DNA of 64,000 bases from positions 12,379 to 76,378 of the forward strand of contig CAYWJH010000004.1 of assembly GCA_964458555.1 (NCBI GenBank), read 5' to 3'. Under the pieces are notes generated by a model. That model was given only the letters and a program-made list of their open reading frames with translations. It was not told where the DNA came from and ran no database searches. Source of the stretch: an uncultured Spirochaetaceae bacterium. Lineage in GTDB: Bacteria; Spirochaetota; Spirochaetia; DSM-27196; SLST01. Positions 10,406 through 20,615 of this stretch are shown here, one piece after another (within the stretch, counting starts at the first letter, position 1; every line of letters starts with the position of its first letter). Made by a program: the position numbers and the translations under genes.

Positions 10406-10420
10406 GCGGCGCGCACGACT

Positions 10421-10861
10421 CTACGGCTCGGCGCGTACGAGGATCAGGTTGGCGTTCTCGTTCGCCTCGATCTGCGTGACGATCGCGTTCCGCTCGGTCA
10501 CGATGACGCTCACGAGGAAAAGCACGTCGGGGCTCAGGTCGCGGACCTTGTAGAAGCTGTTGCCGGACGGGGTCTCGAAGGAGAGGAAGCCGGTGTCCAT
10601 GCCCCAGGAGAGGAAGCGGAGCGTCTGCGAGTCGGAGGTCATCGTGCCGTCGGCCTCGAGCTCGAGGGTCGCGTCGATGAAACTGCTCGTGGGCGCATTG
10701 CTGCGGTACTCGTTGAGCGTGAAGGTGCCGATCGTGTCGACGCGGTAGAGTTCCCAGGTGCCGGTCATCGTGATCTCCGGCATCGTGTTCTGCCCCGCGT
10801 CCTGCGAGAACACCGGCGTGATCACCAGAATCAGCGCAAGCGCAAAGATAGCCCGCTTCAT
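10421..10861 (-). CDS. Small secreted hypothetical protein
   Basis: 146 aa with signal peptide MKRAIFALALILVITPVFSQDAG. Beta-rich, no family recognised. Visibly lower GC than its neighbours. Confidence 0.6.
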   Translation of the reverse strand: MKRAIFALALILVITPVFSQDAGQNTMPEITMTGTWELYRVDTIGTFTLNEYRSNAPTSSFIDATLELEADGTMTSDSQTLRFLSWGMDTGFLSFETPSGNSFYKVRDLSPDVLFLVSVIVTERNAIVTQIEANENANLILVRAEP

Positions 10862-10961
10862 ACAGCCTCCGTTCTACTCTTCGAGTATCGATCTCCGCGC
10901 GCCGGGTCTTGAGTCTTTCTCTCGCCCTGTACGAAGAGGCAATATACATCTAAAATCTCAA

Positions 10962-11177
10962 CATGGCAGGTACGGACATGGAGACGCCGAGGGACCCCAC
11001 CCTCAAGAGCCTGCTGGGCCGAATCCCGGTAGCGGTCGCGGGCTGGGAACGTACAGCGTGCGCCTGCTCACCGATCGTTATCTGGGCGGCACGGTGAGCT
11101 TCACAAGCGACGAGCGCGAAGGTACCTTCTTTACGGTACGGGTGCCCCTTGTTTCAAATCCACGCGCGCCCGTGTAG
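10962..11177 (+). pseudogene. C-terminal remnant of a sensor histidine kinase ATPase (HATPase_c) domain
   Basis: Codons from 10962 read ..PNPGSGRGLGTYSVRLLTDRYLGGTVSFTSDEREGTFFTVRVPLVSNPRAPV*, which is the G2 box plus the last strands of a GHKL domain. No H, N or G1 box lies upstream. The 5' part of track ORF 10758-11177 is antisense to gene 10421-10861 and shows no family-like sequence. Confidence 0.45.
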
Positions 11178-11186
11178 GTTCCCCCA

Positions 11187-13127
11187 ATGGCAAAGCAGAA
11201 AACCGTCGAGGGTCGTCTCACGCTGACCGCCCGGGGCTTCGGATTCGTCCAGGCTCCGGATCAGCCGAGCGTCCTCATCCCCTTCGATCATCTCGACCAT
11301 GCGCTCTCCGGCGACCGCGTCGTCGCGGAGCTCTTCCCCGACTCGTCGCCGGACAAACCGGCCGGACGCATCGTCTCCGTCACCGAGCGGGACGACTCGC
11401 CCATCGTCGGGCGCGTGCGACGCCACCGCGGCGAGCTGCATCTCTACGCGCAGGGCAACAGATCGGCCAAGTCGCTTGTCCTCCCGGAGTCCGAAGTCAA
11501 GAAGGCAAAGCTGGGCGTTACCCTCCAGGACGGCGACGTGGTGAGCGCGGAGCTCATCGAGTGGCCGTCACAGGACGACCATCCCGTCGGCCGTCCCGTC
11601 GAGGTCGTCGCCCGGCGCGGCGATCAGGACCTGGAGCTGCGTCTCATCGCGCTCTCGCGAGGGCTCCCGCTCGAGTTCCCACCGAAGGTCGAAAAGGCGG
11701 CCGAAAAGCTCTCGCTGCCGAACGTGAAGCGCATCGCGAAGAAGCGGCGCGATCTGCGCAATACGGTCTGCTTCACGATCGACCCGGAGACCGCGAAGGA
11801 CTTCGACGACGCGGTCTCGGTCCGGCAGCGCGAGGACGGCCTCTTCGAGCTGGGCGTGCACATCGCCGACGTCAGCCACTACGTGGAGGAGGACGACGAG
11901 ATCGATCGCGAGGCGTGGGAGCGCGGAACATCGGTCTACCTCGTGGATACGGTGCTGCCCATGCTGCCGGAGACGCTCTCGAACAGCCTCTGCAGCCTCG
12001 TCCCCGAAGAGCCGCGCCTGACGATGAGCGTGATCGCGACGCTCGACAGCGCGGGGACCGTCCACGACGCAGAGATCTGCGAGTCGGTGATCGAGAGCGA
12101 TCGGCGCCTGACCTACCGCGAAGCCGAGGACATCATCAACGGCAAGGAAGACCCGCTCGCTCCGCAGCTCCACCTGCTGCACCTGCTGACGCAGATGCTC
12201 CGCCAACGGCGCGAGGCCGGGGGGAGCGTCGACTTCGATTTCTCTACACCGCAGATCAGGCTCGACGAGAACGGCGTGCCCGTCTCCGTCCGCCCGAGCG
12301 AACGGCTCGCCTCGAACCGGGTGGTGGAGGAGTGCATGCTCCTCGCCAACCGACTCGTCGCCGAGCGCTTTCGCGAACACAAGGACTTTCCCGGAGTCTT
12401 CCGCGTCCACGACGAGCCGAGCGAGACCGATGTAGAGTCGCTCGTCCAGACGCTCAACGACCTGGGCGTGCCCTACAAGGCGGGTGACGACTTCGAATCG
12501 CAGGACTACCGCAACATCCTGTCGGTCATCCAGAACTTCGAGTTCCGCGACCTCGTCGAGACGGTCGCGATGAAGGCGTTGAAGAAGGCCGTCTACTCGA
12601 CCGAGAACCGCGGACACTTCGGCCTGGCGATGGAGGCGTACACGCACTTCACCTCGCCCATCCGCCGCTACCCCGACCTGGTCGTCCACCGGCTGCTCAA
12701 GCGGCTTGTCGGCGGCGGACGCGGGGGCCGGAAGGCGAGCCCTGCGCTGCGCCGTTTTCTCGACAAGACGTGCGAGCACGCGACCGAACGCGAGCGCCTC
12801 GCGACCGACGCCGAACGCGAGTACTCCCGGCTCAAGGCGCTCGAGTTCCTCGAGACCAAGCAGGGCCGCGAATACCGGGGCGTGGTGAGCGGCGTCGCGT
12901 CGATCGGCTTGTTCGTGGAGATCGAGCGCTACCTGATCGAGGGCCTCGTGCACATCTCCAAGCTCGGCCGCGAGCGGTTCGAGCTCGACCGGGCGAACTA
13001 TCAGCTCGTCGGCTCAAAAACGGGCACGGTCTTCCGCCTCGGTGACGAGGTCCGCGTACGGGTGGAGTCGGTAGACACCCGCGAACGCAAGGCGGACTTC
13101 GACCTGGTGAAGGATGGCGGAGACTAG
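11187..13127 (+). CDS. rnr: Ribonuclease R (RNB-family 3'-5' exoribonuclease with S1 domain)
   Basis: 646 aa. Cold-shock-like N-terminus GRLTLTARGFGFVQ. RNB motifs FTIDPETAKDFDDAVSV, VYLVDTVLPMLPE, HFGLAMEAYTHFTSPIRRYPDLVVHR. C-terminal S1 domain YRGVVSGVASIGLFVEI. Confidence 0.9.
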   Translation: MAKQKTVEGRLTLTARGFGFVQAPDQPSVLIPFDHLDHALSGDRVVAELFPDSSPDKPAGRIVSVTERDDSPIVGRVRRHRGELHLYAQGNRSAKSLVLPESEVKKAKLGVTLQDGDVVSAELIEWPSQDDHPVGRPVEVVARRGDQDLELRLIALSRGLPLEFPPKVEKAAEKLSLPNVKRIAKKRRDLRNTVCFTIDPETAKDFDDAVSVRQREDGLFELGVHIADVSHYVEEDDEIDREAWERGTSVYLVDTVLPMLPETLSNSLCSLVPEEPRLTMSVIATLDSAGTVHDAEICESVIESDRRLTYREAEDIINGKEDPLAPQLHLLHLLTQMLRQRREAGGSVDFDFSTPQIRLDENGVPVSVRPSERLASNRVVEECMLLANRLVAERFREHKDFPGVFRVHDEPSETDVESLVQTLNDLGVPYKAGDDFESQDYRNILSVIQNFEFRDLVETVAMKALKKAVYSTENRGHFGLAMEAYTHFTSPIRRYPDLVVHRLLKRLVGGGRGGRKASPALRRFLDKTCEHATERERLATDAEREYSRLKALEFLETKQGREYRGVVSGVASIGLFVEIERYLIEGLVHISKLGRERFELDRANYQLVGSKTGTVFRLGDEVRVRVESVDTRERKADFDLVKDGGD

Positions 13128-13161
13128 GCCCGAGCCGGGCGCGCGCGCAGGAGCGTGACGC

Positions 13162-14829
13162 TCAGGCGAGGTCGCGGTCGGTGTCCGCCTCGTCGCCCCG
13201 AATCCGCCGGCCAAGCGACTCACGGTCGATCCCGTAGCGGCGGGCAACGTCCTCGGCGAAGCTCGACCCGGCCGGCGGACCGGCGGTGATCCGATAGGTG
13301 CGTCGCGCGCGCCCGTTCTCGTAGTACACGCCCGCGTTCAGCGTTCCCACCATACTCGCCCGCGAGTCTTCGCCGGCGGCGTCGGCGCTCACGCGCGCGG
13401 CGTTGTGCGCGAGATCGTGGAAGTGCGTGGTGAAGATCCCGCGCGCGCCTGCGAGCGAGAGTCCGGCGAGCACCGAGCCCGCGATACGCTCGGCCTCGCG
13501 CGGTCCGGTACTCGCGAGCGGTTCGTTGAGGAGCACGAGGCTGCGGTCGGTGATCCGGTCGAAGAGCGCGGAGATGCGCCTCGCCTCGTCCTCGAATCGG
13601 CCCAACTCGTCGTCGAACTCTTCCTCTGCGGGAAAGTGCGTGTAGACCGCGTCGACCGGCGCAATCTCGCCGCTCTCGGCCGGCACCGGAAGGCCCGCCT
13701 GCGCGAGCACCGACGCGATCCCCACCGCCTGCGTATAGGTGGTCTTCCCGCCACCGTTCGGACCGGTGAGCACGAAGAGCCGCGCTGCGTCGTCGAAGGC
13801 CACGTCGTTGCCGACCATACGCTGCACGCCGGTGCGGGCGAGCCAGTGAGAGGCGAGCCGCAGGTTGTAGAGCCCGCGGAACCCGGAGACCCGTTCGGCG
13901 CCGTCCAGCACACCCGGAAAGCAAACGGGATACCCGGCGTCGGCCACCTCGCGCAGGTAGCCGGTCGCCCCGAGGAAGAAGGCAATCTCCGGAAAGAGCC
14001 GCCGGAACAGATCCGTGTTGACCGTAACGTAGGAGCGAAGCTTCCGGGCGAGCGGTCTGAGCATGGATCGCAGGACGGTGTCGAGCTCTTCGAAGAGCGG
14101 CGCGAGCGGGAGACGCTCCACCGCACCCCCGAAGACCGCCTCGGTGCCGGGCGTCCGCTCGAGCGGGGTCGTCGTAATGAACGAGTCGCCGGTCGCCTTG
14201 CCGAGGAAGCCCGAGAGGAAGTGCCCTTCGCGGAACCGGTGTCGGTTGACCCCGAGCAGCGCCGCTTCGACCGGCCGCAGCTTATCGTCGAGGTTGACGC
14301 CGATCGTGACGCTCTGGTGGAGCTTGATACCCGAGCGGAGCTCGGGCAGCTCGCGGCGCAGCTCTTCGAAGGCGGGGTCGGACTGGCGACGGCGCAGCTC
14401 ATCGAGCAGCCGCTGCAGGCCGTCGGAGAGGTCGTCGGTCGCCTCGAGGAGCGCGCACGTGCGGTCGACGAGCTCGACGTAGAGCTCGAGCTCACCCAGC
14501 CGCCAGATCGCCTCGAGCAACGGACGGTCGGTCTCGCGGCCGCTGCGCGAGAAAACGGTGAGCTCCTGCATCGTGCGCACGAGCTCCTCCATGTCACGAC
14601 GAAGACGGGGATCCTGCCAGAAGCAGCGTGCGGTCGCCTGACGGTAGAGGATCTCGTCGCGGTTCTGCGGCAGCTCGGTGAGCACGCGAAGCACCGCTGC
14701 CTCGTGCGTGCCGTGATGGGCCATGCCTGCGGCGATCGCCCCGAGCTCCAGGTCGTGCACCGCCTCGTCGTTGAGGCGGATCCGCGCGGTGTGCTCGCTG
14801 GTCGGACCGACGAGGAGCGACGAGAACAT
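13162..14829 (-). CDS. MutS-related ATPase (MutS domain V only; no mismatch-binding or Smr domain)
   Basis: 555 aa. Walker A LTGPNGGGKTTY, SLVLLNEPLASTGP, FTTHFHDLA. The N-terminal ~300 aa are helical without domain-I motifs. ATG 14829 lies 2 nt after the trxB stop. Confidence 0.8.
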   Translation of the reverse strand: MFSSLLVGPTSEHTARIRLNDEAVHDLELGAIAAGMAHHGTHEAAVLRVLTELPQNRDEILYRQATARCFWQDPRLRRDMEELVRTMQELTVFSRSGRETDRPLLEAIWRLGELELYVELVDRTCALLEATDDLSDGLQRLLDELRRRQSDPAFEELRRELPELRSGIKLHQSVTIGVNLDDKLRPVEAALLGVNRHRFREGHFLSGFLGKATGDSFITTTPLERTPGTEAVFGGAVERLPLAPLFEELDTVLRSMLRPLARKLRSYVTVNTDLFRRLFPEIAFFLGATGYLREVADAGYPVCFPGVLDGAERVSGFRGLYNLRLASHWLARTGVQRMVGNDVAFDDAARLFVLTGPNGGGKTTYTQAVGIASVLAQAGLPVPAESGEIAPVDAVYTHFPAEEEFDDELGRFEDEARRISALFDRITDRSLVLLNEPLASTGPREAERIAGSVLAGLSLAGARGIFTTHFHDLAHNAARVSADAAGEDSRASMVGTLNAGVYYENGRARRTYRITAGPPAGSSFAEDVARRYGIDRESLGRRIRGDEADTDRDLA

Positions 14830-14831
14830 GC

Positions 14832-15827
14832 CTACGTCTTGCCCTCGATGCGCGACACCGCGTGTGGCTCGGGCTGTTGGAGGTCGACGAGGTAGTGCTC
14901 CGCCTCAAGCGCGGCCATACAGCCTGAGCCGGCGGCGGTCACGGCCTGACGGTAGACGCGGTCCTTCACGTCGCCGCACGCGAAGACGCCCGGAACGTTC
15001 GTCTTCGTCGAGTCGGGCTCGGTGATGACGTAGCCGGTCTCGTCGGTGGTCAACTGCCCGCCGAGGAAGTCGGTGTTCGGCTTATGCCCGATCGCGTAGA
15101 AGAGGCCGCCGGCTTCGACGATCGTCTCTTCGTCGGTCTTGTTGTTGACCACCCGCACCCCGGTGAGCGTCTGCTCTCCGAGCGCCTCCTTCGCCTCGGT
15201 GTTCCACATGATAGAAATTTTGGGATCGTTGAAGACGCGCTGCTGCATCGCCTTCGAGGCGCGCAGCACGTCGCGACGTACGAGCATCGCCACCGACGAT
15301 CCGTACTTGCTGAGGTAGCTCGCCTCTTCGCACGCCGAGTCGCCACCGCCGATCACGACGAGCGGCTTTTCGCGGAAGATGGGCAGCGCGCCGTCGCAGA
15401 CCGCGCACGCGGAGATGCCCTTCTGCCAGTAGAGCTCCTCGCCCGGCAGACTCAGACGCCGGGCGGTCGCCCCCGTCGCGACGATCACGGCCTGCGCCGA
15501 GTACTCGCCGCTCGCGGTATACACCTTGTACGGGCGCTCGGAGAGATCGATCCGATCGACGGTTTCGGTCTTGATGCGCGCTCCGCACTTCACCGACTGC
15601 TTGCGCATCTCGTCCATGAGGACGGGGCCGGTGATGCCGTCAGGGAACCCCGGGTAGTTTTCGACCTCGGTAGTCGTGGTGAGCTGCCCGCCGGCGGCGA
15701 CCCCTCCGGCCATGAAGCCTTCGAAGAGCAGCGGCTTCAGCTCCGCCCGGCCTGCGTAGATGGCCGCGGTGTGTGCGGCGGGTCCCGACCCGACGATGAT
15801 CATCTTCTCGACAGCCTGATCGCTCAT
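14832..15827 (-). CDS. trxB: Thioredoxin-disulfide reductase
   Basis: 331 aa. [12 protein letters not shown], redox-active [24 protein letters not shown] 15827 lies 3 nt after the ftsH stop. Confidence 0.92.
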   Translation of the reverse strand: MSDQAVEKMIIVGSGPAAHTAAIYAGRAELKPLLFEGFMAGGVAAGGQLTTTTEVENYPGFPDGITGPVLMDEMRKQSVKCGARIKTETVDRIDLSERPYKVYTASGEYSAQAVIVATGATARRLSLPGEELYWQKGISACAVCDGALPIFREKPLVVIGGGDSACEEASYLSKYGSSVAMLVRRDVLRASKAMQQRVFNDPKISIMWNTEAKEALGEQTLTGVRVVNNKTDEETIVEAGGLFYAIGHKPNTDFLGGQLTTDETGYVITEPDSTKTNVPGVFACGDVKDRVYRQAVTAAGSGCMAALEAEHYLVDLQQPEPHAVSRIEGKT

Positions 15828-15830
15828 TGC

Positions 15831-17735
15831 CTACTCCTCCGATTCGTCGTCATGCCCGATGTCTCCCGTACCCAGAAGCTCCTTCACCTTCTCGCCTGAG
15901 ACCTGCTCCTGCTCGAGCAACAGATTGGCCAGCCTGTCCAGCGCGTCCTTGTGGGTGCGCAGCAGCTCCTCCGAGCGAGAGAAGGCTCGACGCAGGATCG
16001 ACTTGACCTCCTCGTCGATCTCGCGCGCGGTCTCCTCGCTGTAGCTGCGCTGTCTACTCAGCTGCTCGCCCAGAAAGACGTCGCGGTCGCTTTCGCCGAG
16101 CGCGATATGCGCGAGGTTGTCGCTCATCCCCCACATGGACACCATCTGCCGTGCCGTGTCGCTCGCGCGCTTGAGGTCGTCGGCGGCGCCGCTCGTCATC
16201 GATTTGAAGGTGAGCATCTCCGAAGCCCGTCCGCCGAGCATCATGGAGAGCATGTCTTCGAGGTACTCCCTGCTGTAGTTGTACCGCTCCTCGGCCTGCT
16301 CGATCTGGGTCACGCCGAGCGCCCTGCCGCGCGGCACGATGGTGACCTTGGTGACCGGGTCCATGTTCGGCAGGAGCGCGGCGGTCACCGCGTGACCGGC
16401 TTCGTGGTAGGCGGTGATCTTCCGCTCGCGGTCGGTCATCTTGATCGACTTGCGCTCGAGGCCCATCATGAGCCGATCGCGCGCGACATCTATGTCGTCG
16501 TCGGCAATCGTCTTCGATCGACGGCGAGCGGCGGTGAGCGCCGCCTCGTTGAGGAGGTTCTGCAGCTCGGCGCCGCTGAAACCGATCGTGCGCGTCGCCA
16601 CCTTTCCCAGATCGACCGACGGGTCCATAGGCTTCGTCTGCGCGTGCACCCGAAGGATGTCCTCGCGCTCCGATTTCGTCGGCATGGGTATCGTGACCTG
16701 CCGGTCGAATCGACCCGGCCGCAGCAGCGCCGGGTCGAGAATGTCCGGCCGGTTCGTCGCCGCGATCACGACGGTGCTCTCGTTCTGCTCGAAGCCGTCG
16801 AGCTCGCTGAGCATCTGGTTCAGCGTCTGCTCGCGCTCGTCGTGCCCGCCGCCGACACCGGCTCCGCGGTGTCGCCCGATCGAGTCGAGCTCGTCTATGA
16901 AGATGATGCTCGGCGCCTTCTTCTTCGCATCCTTGAAGAGGTTGCGCACGCGCGAGGCGCCCACGCCCACGAACATCTCCATGAAATCGGACCCGCTCAT
17001 GCTGAAGAAGGGAACGCCCGCCTCGCCGGCGATCGCCCGCGCGATCAGCGTCTTGCCCGTACCAGGAGGGCCGACGAGCAGGATCCCCTTGGGCGATCGC
17101 GCACCGAGCTCGCGGTAGCGGCCGGGGTCCTTGAGGTAGTCGACGATCTCCATCACCTCTTCCTTCGCGCCCTCGAGGCCGGCGACGTCGTTGAAGGTGG
17201 TCCGTTCCTTGGTCTGGTCGTAGAGCTTCGCCTTGTTCTCGCCGACCTGGAAGATCCCCTTGCCCTGCCCGCGGATATTGCGGAAGAGCGCGAAGAAGAT
17301 CCACAGCAGGAAGATATACGGAACGATGCTGATGAGGATACCGAGGAAACTCGGCTGGTCCGACGGTCGTGTCACTATCTCTACGTTATTGTCGCGCAGA
17401 AGCGTCAACAATTCCGGATCGCCGAACTGGGGGACGTAGGTGGTGAACCCCGTTCGTCCACCCAGCCCCGTCGTGGGCTGCGCGGTGGCCGGCGTTCCCG
17501 TGATGCGATCTCCCTGTATCGTGACCGATTGGATCTGACCCTCGGAGACGAGTTGCTTGAATCGTGTGTAGCTGATCTCCTGGCCCGCGCCTCCCCCCTG
17601 GAAGAGGTTGATGAGCATGGGCAGCAGGAAGAAGATCAGCACCAGCGGCACGATGAGCCGCCAGTTGAACGGGGGCCGTTGGTTTGGCCCCCCGTCCTGA
17701 TCTTGACCGTTCTGGCCGTTCTGGTCTTGAGGCAT
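15831..17735 (-). CDS. ftsH: ATP-dependent zinc metalloprotease FtsH
   Basis: 634 aa. Two N-terminal TM helices, AAA+ Walker [17 protein letters not shown], second region of homology, and zinc site HEAGHAV. Confidence 0.95.
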   Translation of the reverse strand: MPQDQNGQNGQDQDGGPNQRPPFNWRLIVPLVLIFFLLPMLINLFQGGGAGQEISYTRFKQLVSEGQIQSVTIQGDRITGTPATAQPTTGLGGRTGFTTYVPQFGDPELLTLLRDNNVEIVTRPSDQPSFLGILISIVPYIFLLWIFFALFRNIRGQGKGIFQVGENKAKLYDQTKERTTFNDVAGLEGAKEEVMEIVDYLKDPGRYRELGARSPKGILLVGPPGTGKTLIARAIAGEAGVPFFSMSGSDFMEMFVGVGASRVRNLFKDAKKKAPSIIFIDELDSIGRHRGAGVGGGHDEREQTLNQMLSELDGFEQNESTVVIAATNRPDILDPALLRPGRFDRQVTIPMPTKSEREDILRVHAQTKPMDPSVDLGKVATRTIGFSGAELQNLLNEAALTAARRRSKTIADDDIDVARDRLMMGLERKSIKMTDRERKITAYHEAGHAVTAALLPNMDPVTKVTIVPRGRALGVTQIEQAEERYNYSREYLEDMLSMMLGGRASEMLTFKSMTSGAADDLKRASDTARQMVSMWGMSDNLAHIALGESDRDVFLGEQLSRQRSYSEETAREIDEEVKSILRRAFSRSEELLRTHKDALDRLANLLLEQEQVSGEKVKELLGTGDIGHDDESEE

Positions 17736-17797
17736 AGCGCTAAGGTACCGAATCGTGGCGCTCTGAACAAACCGGTCTGAAGCGGTAGAATGGCGTC

Positions 17798-18223
17798 ATG
17801 GATTGGTTTCCGCAGGTGCTCGTAACCGCGGTAGGCGTTCAGATCGTCTGCCAGATCTTCAAGCTCGTGTATTACTCGCTGCGCGACGGACGGTTCCGTC
17901 CGGCGTACCTCGTGACCGCCGGAGGGATCCCGAGCGCGCACTCCGCGTTCGTCACCGCGCTCACCGTCGCGATCGGTATCCGAAACGGCTTCGCCTCCGA
18001 CGTATTCGCGCTCTCCTTCGTGTTCAGCGCGATCGTCATCTACGACGCCTACCGCCTCCGCGGCCACGTCCAGCACCACGCGCAGATCATCAACCGAGCG
18101 ATTCTCGCGCCTGCCGGTGAAGAGCCGATCTCGGAGATGGTCGGTCATTCGGTGACGGAGATCGTGACCGGCATGGTGCTCGGAGGCGGAGTGTCGGCGC
18201 TCGCCACGCTCGCGCTCGCGTAG
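17798..18223 (+). CDS. DUF212 / divergent PAP2-family membrane protein
   Basis: 141 aa. GGIPSAHSAFVTAL and IVIYDA motifs are typical of the acid-phosphatase/vanadium-haloperoxidase-related DUF212 family. Confidence 0.75.
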   Translation: MDWFPQVLVTAVGVQIVCQIFKLVYYSLRDGRFRPAYLVTAGGIPSAHSAFVTALTVAIGIRNGFASDVFALSFVFSAIVIYDAYRLRGHVQHHAQIINRAILAPAGEEPISEMVGHSVTEIVTGMVLGGGVSALATLALA

Positions 18224-18229
18224 CGGGTC

Positions 18230-18940
18230 TCAGTAGAGCTCGTAGCGTTCGATCGAATCGATCTGCAGCAGCACGGTCACGGTGGCCTCGTAGGAGCCTT
18301 CGCGGACGACGACGCGCGGCGCCTCGGCGATGAGCACGGCTCCGGTGATGCGCTTGGGCCGATTGAGCTCGAGCGTCCGCGCGTGGTTGCGGACGGCGCC
18401 TCTGATCGCGTCGCGCGTCGCTTCCGGCTTCGCCGTCGGCCCGCGGATGAAGGGTGACCTGCCCACCCCGCGCGATCGCGGGTTCGCCGCGCTCGTCCAT
18501 CCGCGGTACCAGCCGGCCTGCTCGGGGTCGACCTCGTAGGTGATCCGGGCGTAGAGGCGATCGGCCTCGACCCAGGTCTGGAAGACCCGCAGGCGGGGAT
18601 CACCGCGGACGATCGTCGCGTAGGGGTCGAGCGCGAAGACCTCCTCGACGCCCCGCGACGGCGCGGCCGGTACGTAGGTGAACTCAAACCCGTAGATCAT
18701 CCCGGAGAGCACGAAGGTCGCCTCGTCGAGCAACCGCTCGATCGCCACCTCACGCGGCACCGGTCGCTCGCCGCCGTCGGCGACGATCGGGTCGAGCTCG
18801 CTCCACAGCTCTACGGCGAGGACAACGTCGTCGGGAGCTTGCGCGGAAGCCGCAAACGCGGCGGTGAGAAGAAGGACTGCACCGGCGGTGCGGCGGCTGG
18901 TCACGCCCCTAGTATCGGCTGCTGTCGCGGAAGACGGCAA
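18230..18940 (-). CDS. Secreted hypothetical protein
   Basis: 236 aa with signal-like TAGAVLLLTAAFAASAQA. The start at 18940 overlaps the rhomboid 3' end by 32 nt. An in-frame GTG at 18904 (VTSRRTAGAV...) would remove the overlap. No family recognised. Confidence 0.55.
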   Translation of the reverse strand: MPSSATAADTRGVTSRRTAGAVLLLTAAFAASAQAPDDVVLAVELWSELDPIVADGGERPVPREVAIERLLDEATFVLSGMIYGFEFTYVPAAPSRGVEEVFALDPYATIVRGDPRLRVFQTWVEADRLYARITYEVDPEQAGWYRGWTSAANPRSRGVGRSPFIRGPTAKPEATRDAIRGAVRNHARTLELNRPKRITGAVLIAEAPRVVVREGSYEATVTVLLQIDSIERYELY

Positions 18941-19553
18941 TCGGGTTGATGCGCATCCGTACGATGAGGTAGAGGAATGCGACGCCGAAACCGATGAGAT
19001 GCGTCATGTGCGCCACGTTACCCCCGGTGCGGCTGAACATGTTGAACAGCTCGAGCGCCGCGTACCCGATGACGAGTATCGGCGCCCGGATGGGCAGGAT
19101 CCCAAAGAGCAGGATGGTCGCCGTGGGGAAGTAGGTCGCGAAGGCGAGCAGCACCGCGAACACGGCGCCGGACGCTCCGACGAGCGCCACGTTGTAGGTG
19201 CCGGTGAGCACGTAGACGCCGAAGGAGAGCAGACCGGCGAGCGTGCCGCTCAACAGGTAGAAGAGCAGAAACTCGTTCGACCCGATCCGGCGCTCGAGCT
19301 GCACGCCGAAGAAAAAGAGCCCGAGCATGTTGAACAGCAGGTGCCACGTTCCGCCGTGCACGAACATGTACGTGAATGGCTGCCAGATCCAGCTCTCCAC
19401 GATGATCGCGGCCGGGATGAGCGCCATGCGGTTGATGATCGCGGGCGCCACGAAACCGAGCAGAAACACCGCGACGTTCGCACCGATGAGAATCAGCGCG
19501 GCGTTGTAGTACTGAAACCGCAGCGGCCGCTGGAAAAAAGGCAGTCGTTCCAC
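18909..19553 (-). CDS. Rhomboid-family intramembrane serine protease
   Basis: 214 aa, polytopic. WQPFTYMFVHGGTWHLLFNM and catalytic GASGAVFAVL motifs. Confidence 0.85.
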   Translation of the reverse strand: MERLPFFQRPLRFQYYNAALILIGANVAVFLLGFVAPAIINRMALIPAAIIVESWIWQPFTYMFVHGGTWHLLFNMLGLFFFGVQLERRIGSNEFLLFYLLSGTLAGLLSFGVYVLTGTYNVALVGASGAVFAVLLAFATYFPTATILLFGILPIRAPILVIGYAALELFNMFSRTGGNVAHMTHLIGFGVAFLYLIVRMRINPIAVFRDSSRY

Positions 19554-19643
19554 GCGTTCAAGCTATGTCAGCCCGAGGGTCGGGTCAAGCGGCGCTTTTG
19601 CAGCGGTTCTGCAATGTGACTATGATGGCGCGAGGAGGAACGG

Positions 19644-20615
19644 ATGCTCATCGACATGCCACTCGAGGAACTTCGCACGTACACCGGCCGCAACCCCCGC
19701 CCGCGCGACCTGGACGCGTACTGGGACCGCGCGCTCGCCGAGCTCGACGCGACCCCACCCGAGGTCGAGCTGAAGCCGGCGGCGTTTTCCGCTCCGCACG
19801 CCGAGTGTTACGATCTCTCCTTCACGGGTACCGGCGGCGCGCGGGTCCACGCGAAGGTCGTGAAGCCGCGCGATCCCTCGCCGTTGCGCGGCGACGGCGG
19901 CGCCCCCGGGCTCGTCCACTTCCACGGATACAGCGGGAGCGCGGGCGACTGGACCGCCTTCCTCGGCTGGGCGGGCGCCGGGTTCGTGAACGCCGCGCTC
20001 GACTGCCGCGGCCAGGGCGGCGAGAGCGAAGACACCGGAGGCGTTCTGGGAAATACGCTTCGCGGCCACATCATCCGCGGACTCGACGACCACGAGGACA
20101 AGCTCCTCTACCGGCAGATCTACCTCGACACCGTGCGCCTCGCGCGGATCGTGATGGACTTCGACGAGGTGGACCCCACGCGCGTGGGCGCGACCGGCGG
20201 CTCGCAGGGCGGCGGGCTCACCGTCGCCTGCTCCTCGCTCGAGCCGCGCATCGCGCGGTGCGCGCCGGTGTTTCCCTTCCTGTCGGACTACCGACGCGTG
20301 TGGGAAATGGACCTCGCAAAGAACGCGTACCAGGAGATCCAGGACTACTTCCGCCGCTTCGACCCCACGCACGAGCGCGAGGAGGAGGTCTTCACGCGGC
20401 TCGGCTACATAGATGTACACAATTTGAGCCCGCGGATCCGCGCGAACACGCTCATGTTCACCGGGCTCATGGACCAGGTCTGCCCGCCGTCCACGCAGTT
20501 TGCCGCGTACAACGCGATCACATCGACGAAGGCCATGGTGATCTACCCGGACTTCGGGCACGAGAACCTGCCCGGCCATCAGGACCGCGTCTTCGCCCAC
20601 ATGCTGGAGCTGTGA
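19644..20615 (+). CDS. Acetylxylan esterase / cephalosporin-C deacetylase (CE7 family)
   Basis: 323 aa. N-terminus MPLEELRTYTG..P.DLDAYW, nucleophile elbow GGSQGGGL, LMDQVCPPSTQFAAYN, FGHE. Confidence 0.85.
   Translation: MLIDMPLEELRTYTGRNPRPRDLDAYWDRALAELDATPPEVELKPAAFSAPHAECYDLSFTGTGGARVHAKVVKPRDPSPLRGDGGAPGLVHFHGYSGSAGDWTAFLGWAGAGFVNAALDCRGQGGESEDTGGVLGNTLRGHIIRGLDDHEDKLLYRQIYLDTVRLARIVMDFDEVDPTRVGATGGSQGGGLTVACSSLEPRIARCAPVFPFLSDYRRVWEMDLAKNAYQEIQDYFRRFDPTHEREEEVFTRLGYIDVHNLSPRIRANTLMFTGLMDQVCPPSTQFAAYNAITSTKAMVIYPDFGHENLPGHQDRVFAHMLEL

Noticed and set aside
10758-10961. 5' two-thirds of track ORF 10758-11177 as part of an intact small kinase-like gene
   Set aside because: This part is antisense to the signal-peptide-bearing gene 10421-10861 and shows no HATPase_c N or G1 boxes. 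Only the 3' ~55 codons look kinase-like, hence the pseudogene/remnant call.
19565-20614. N-terminal 350 codons of the 547-aa ORF 19565-21208
   Set aside because: This part overlaps the CE7 esterase gene out of frame and is Arg/Pro-rich. Only the last 198 codons from ATG 20615 look like RlmE.
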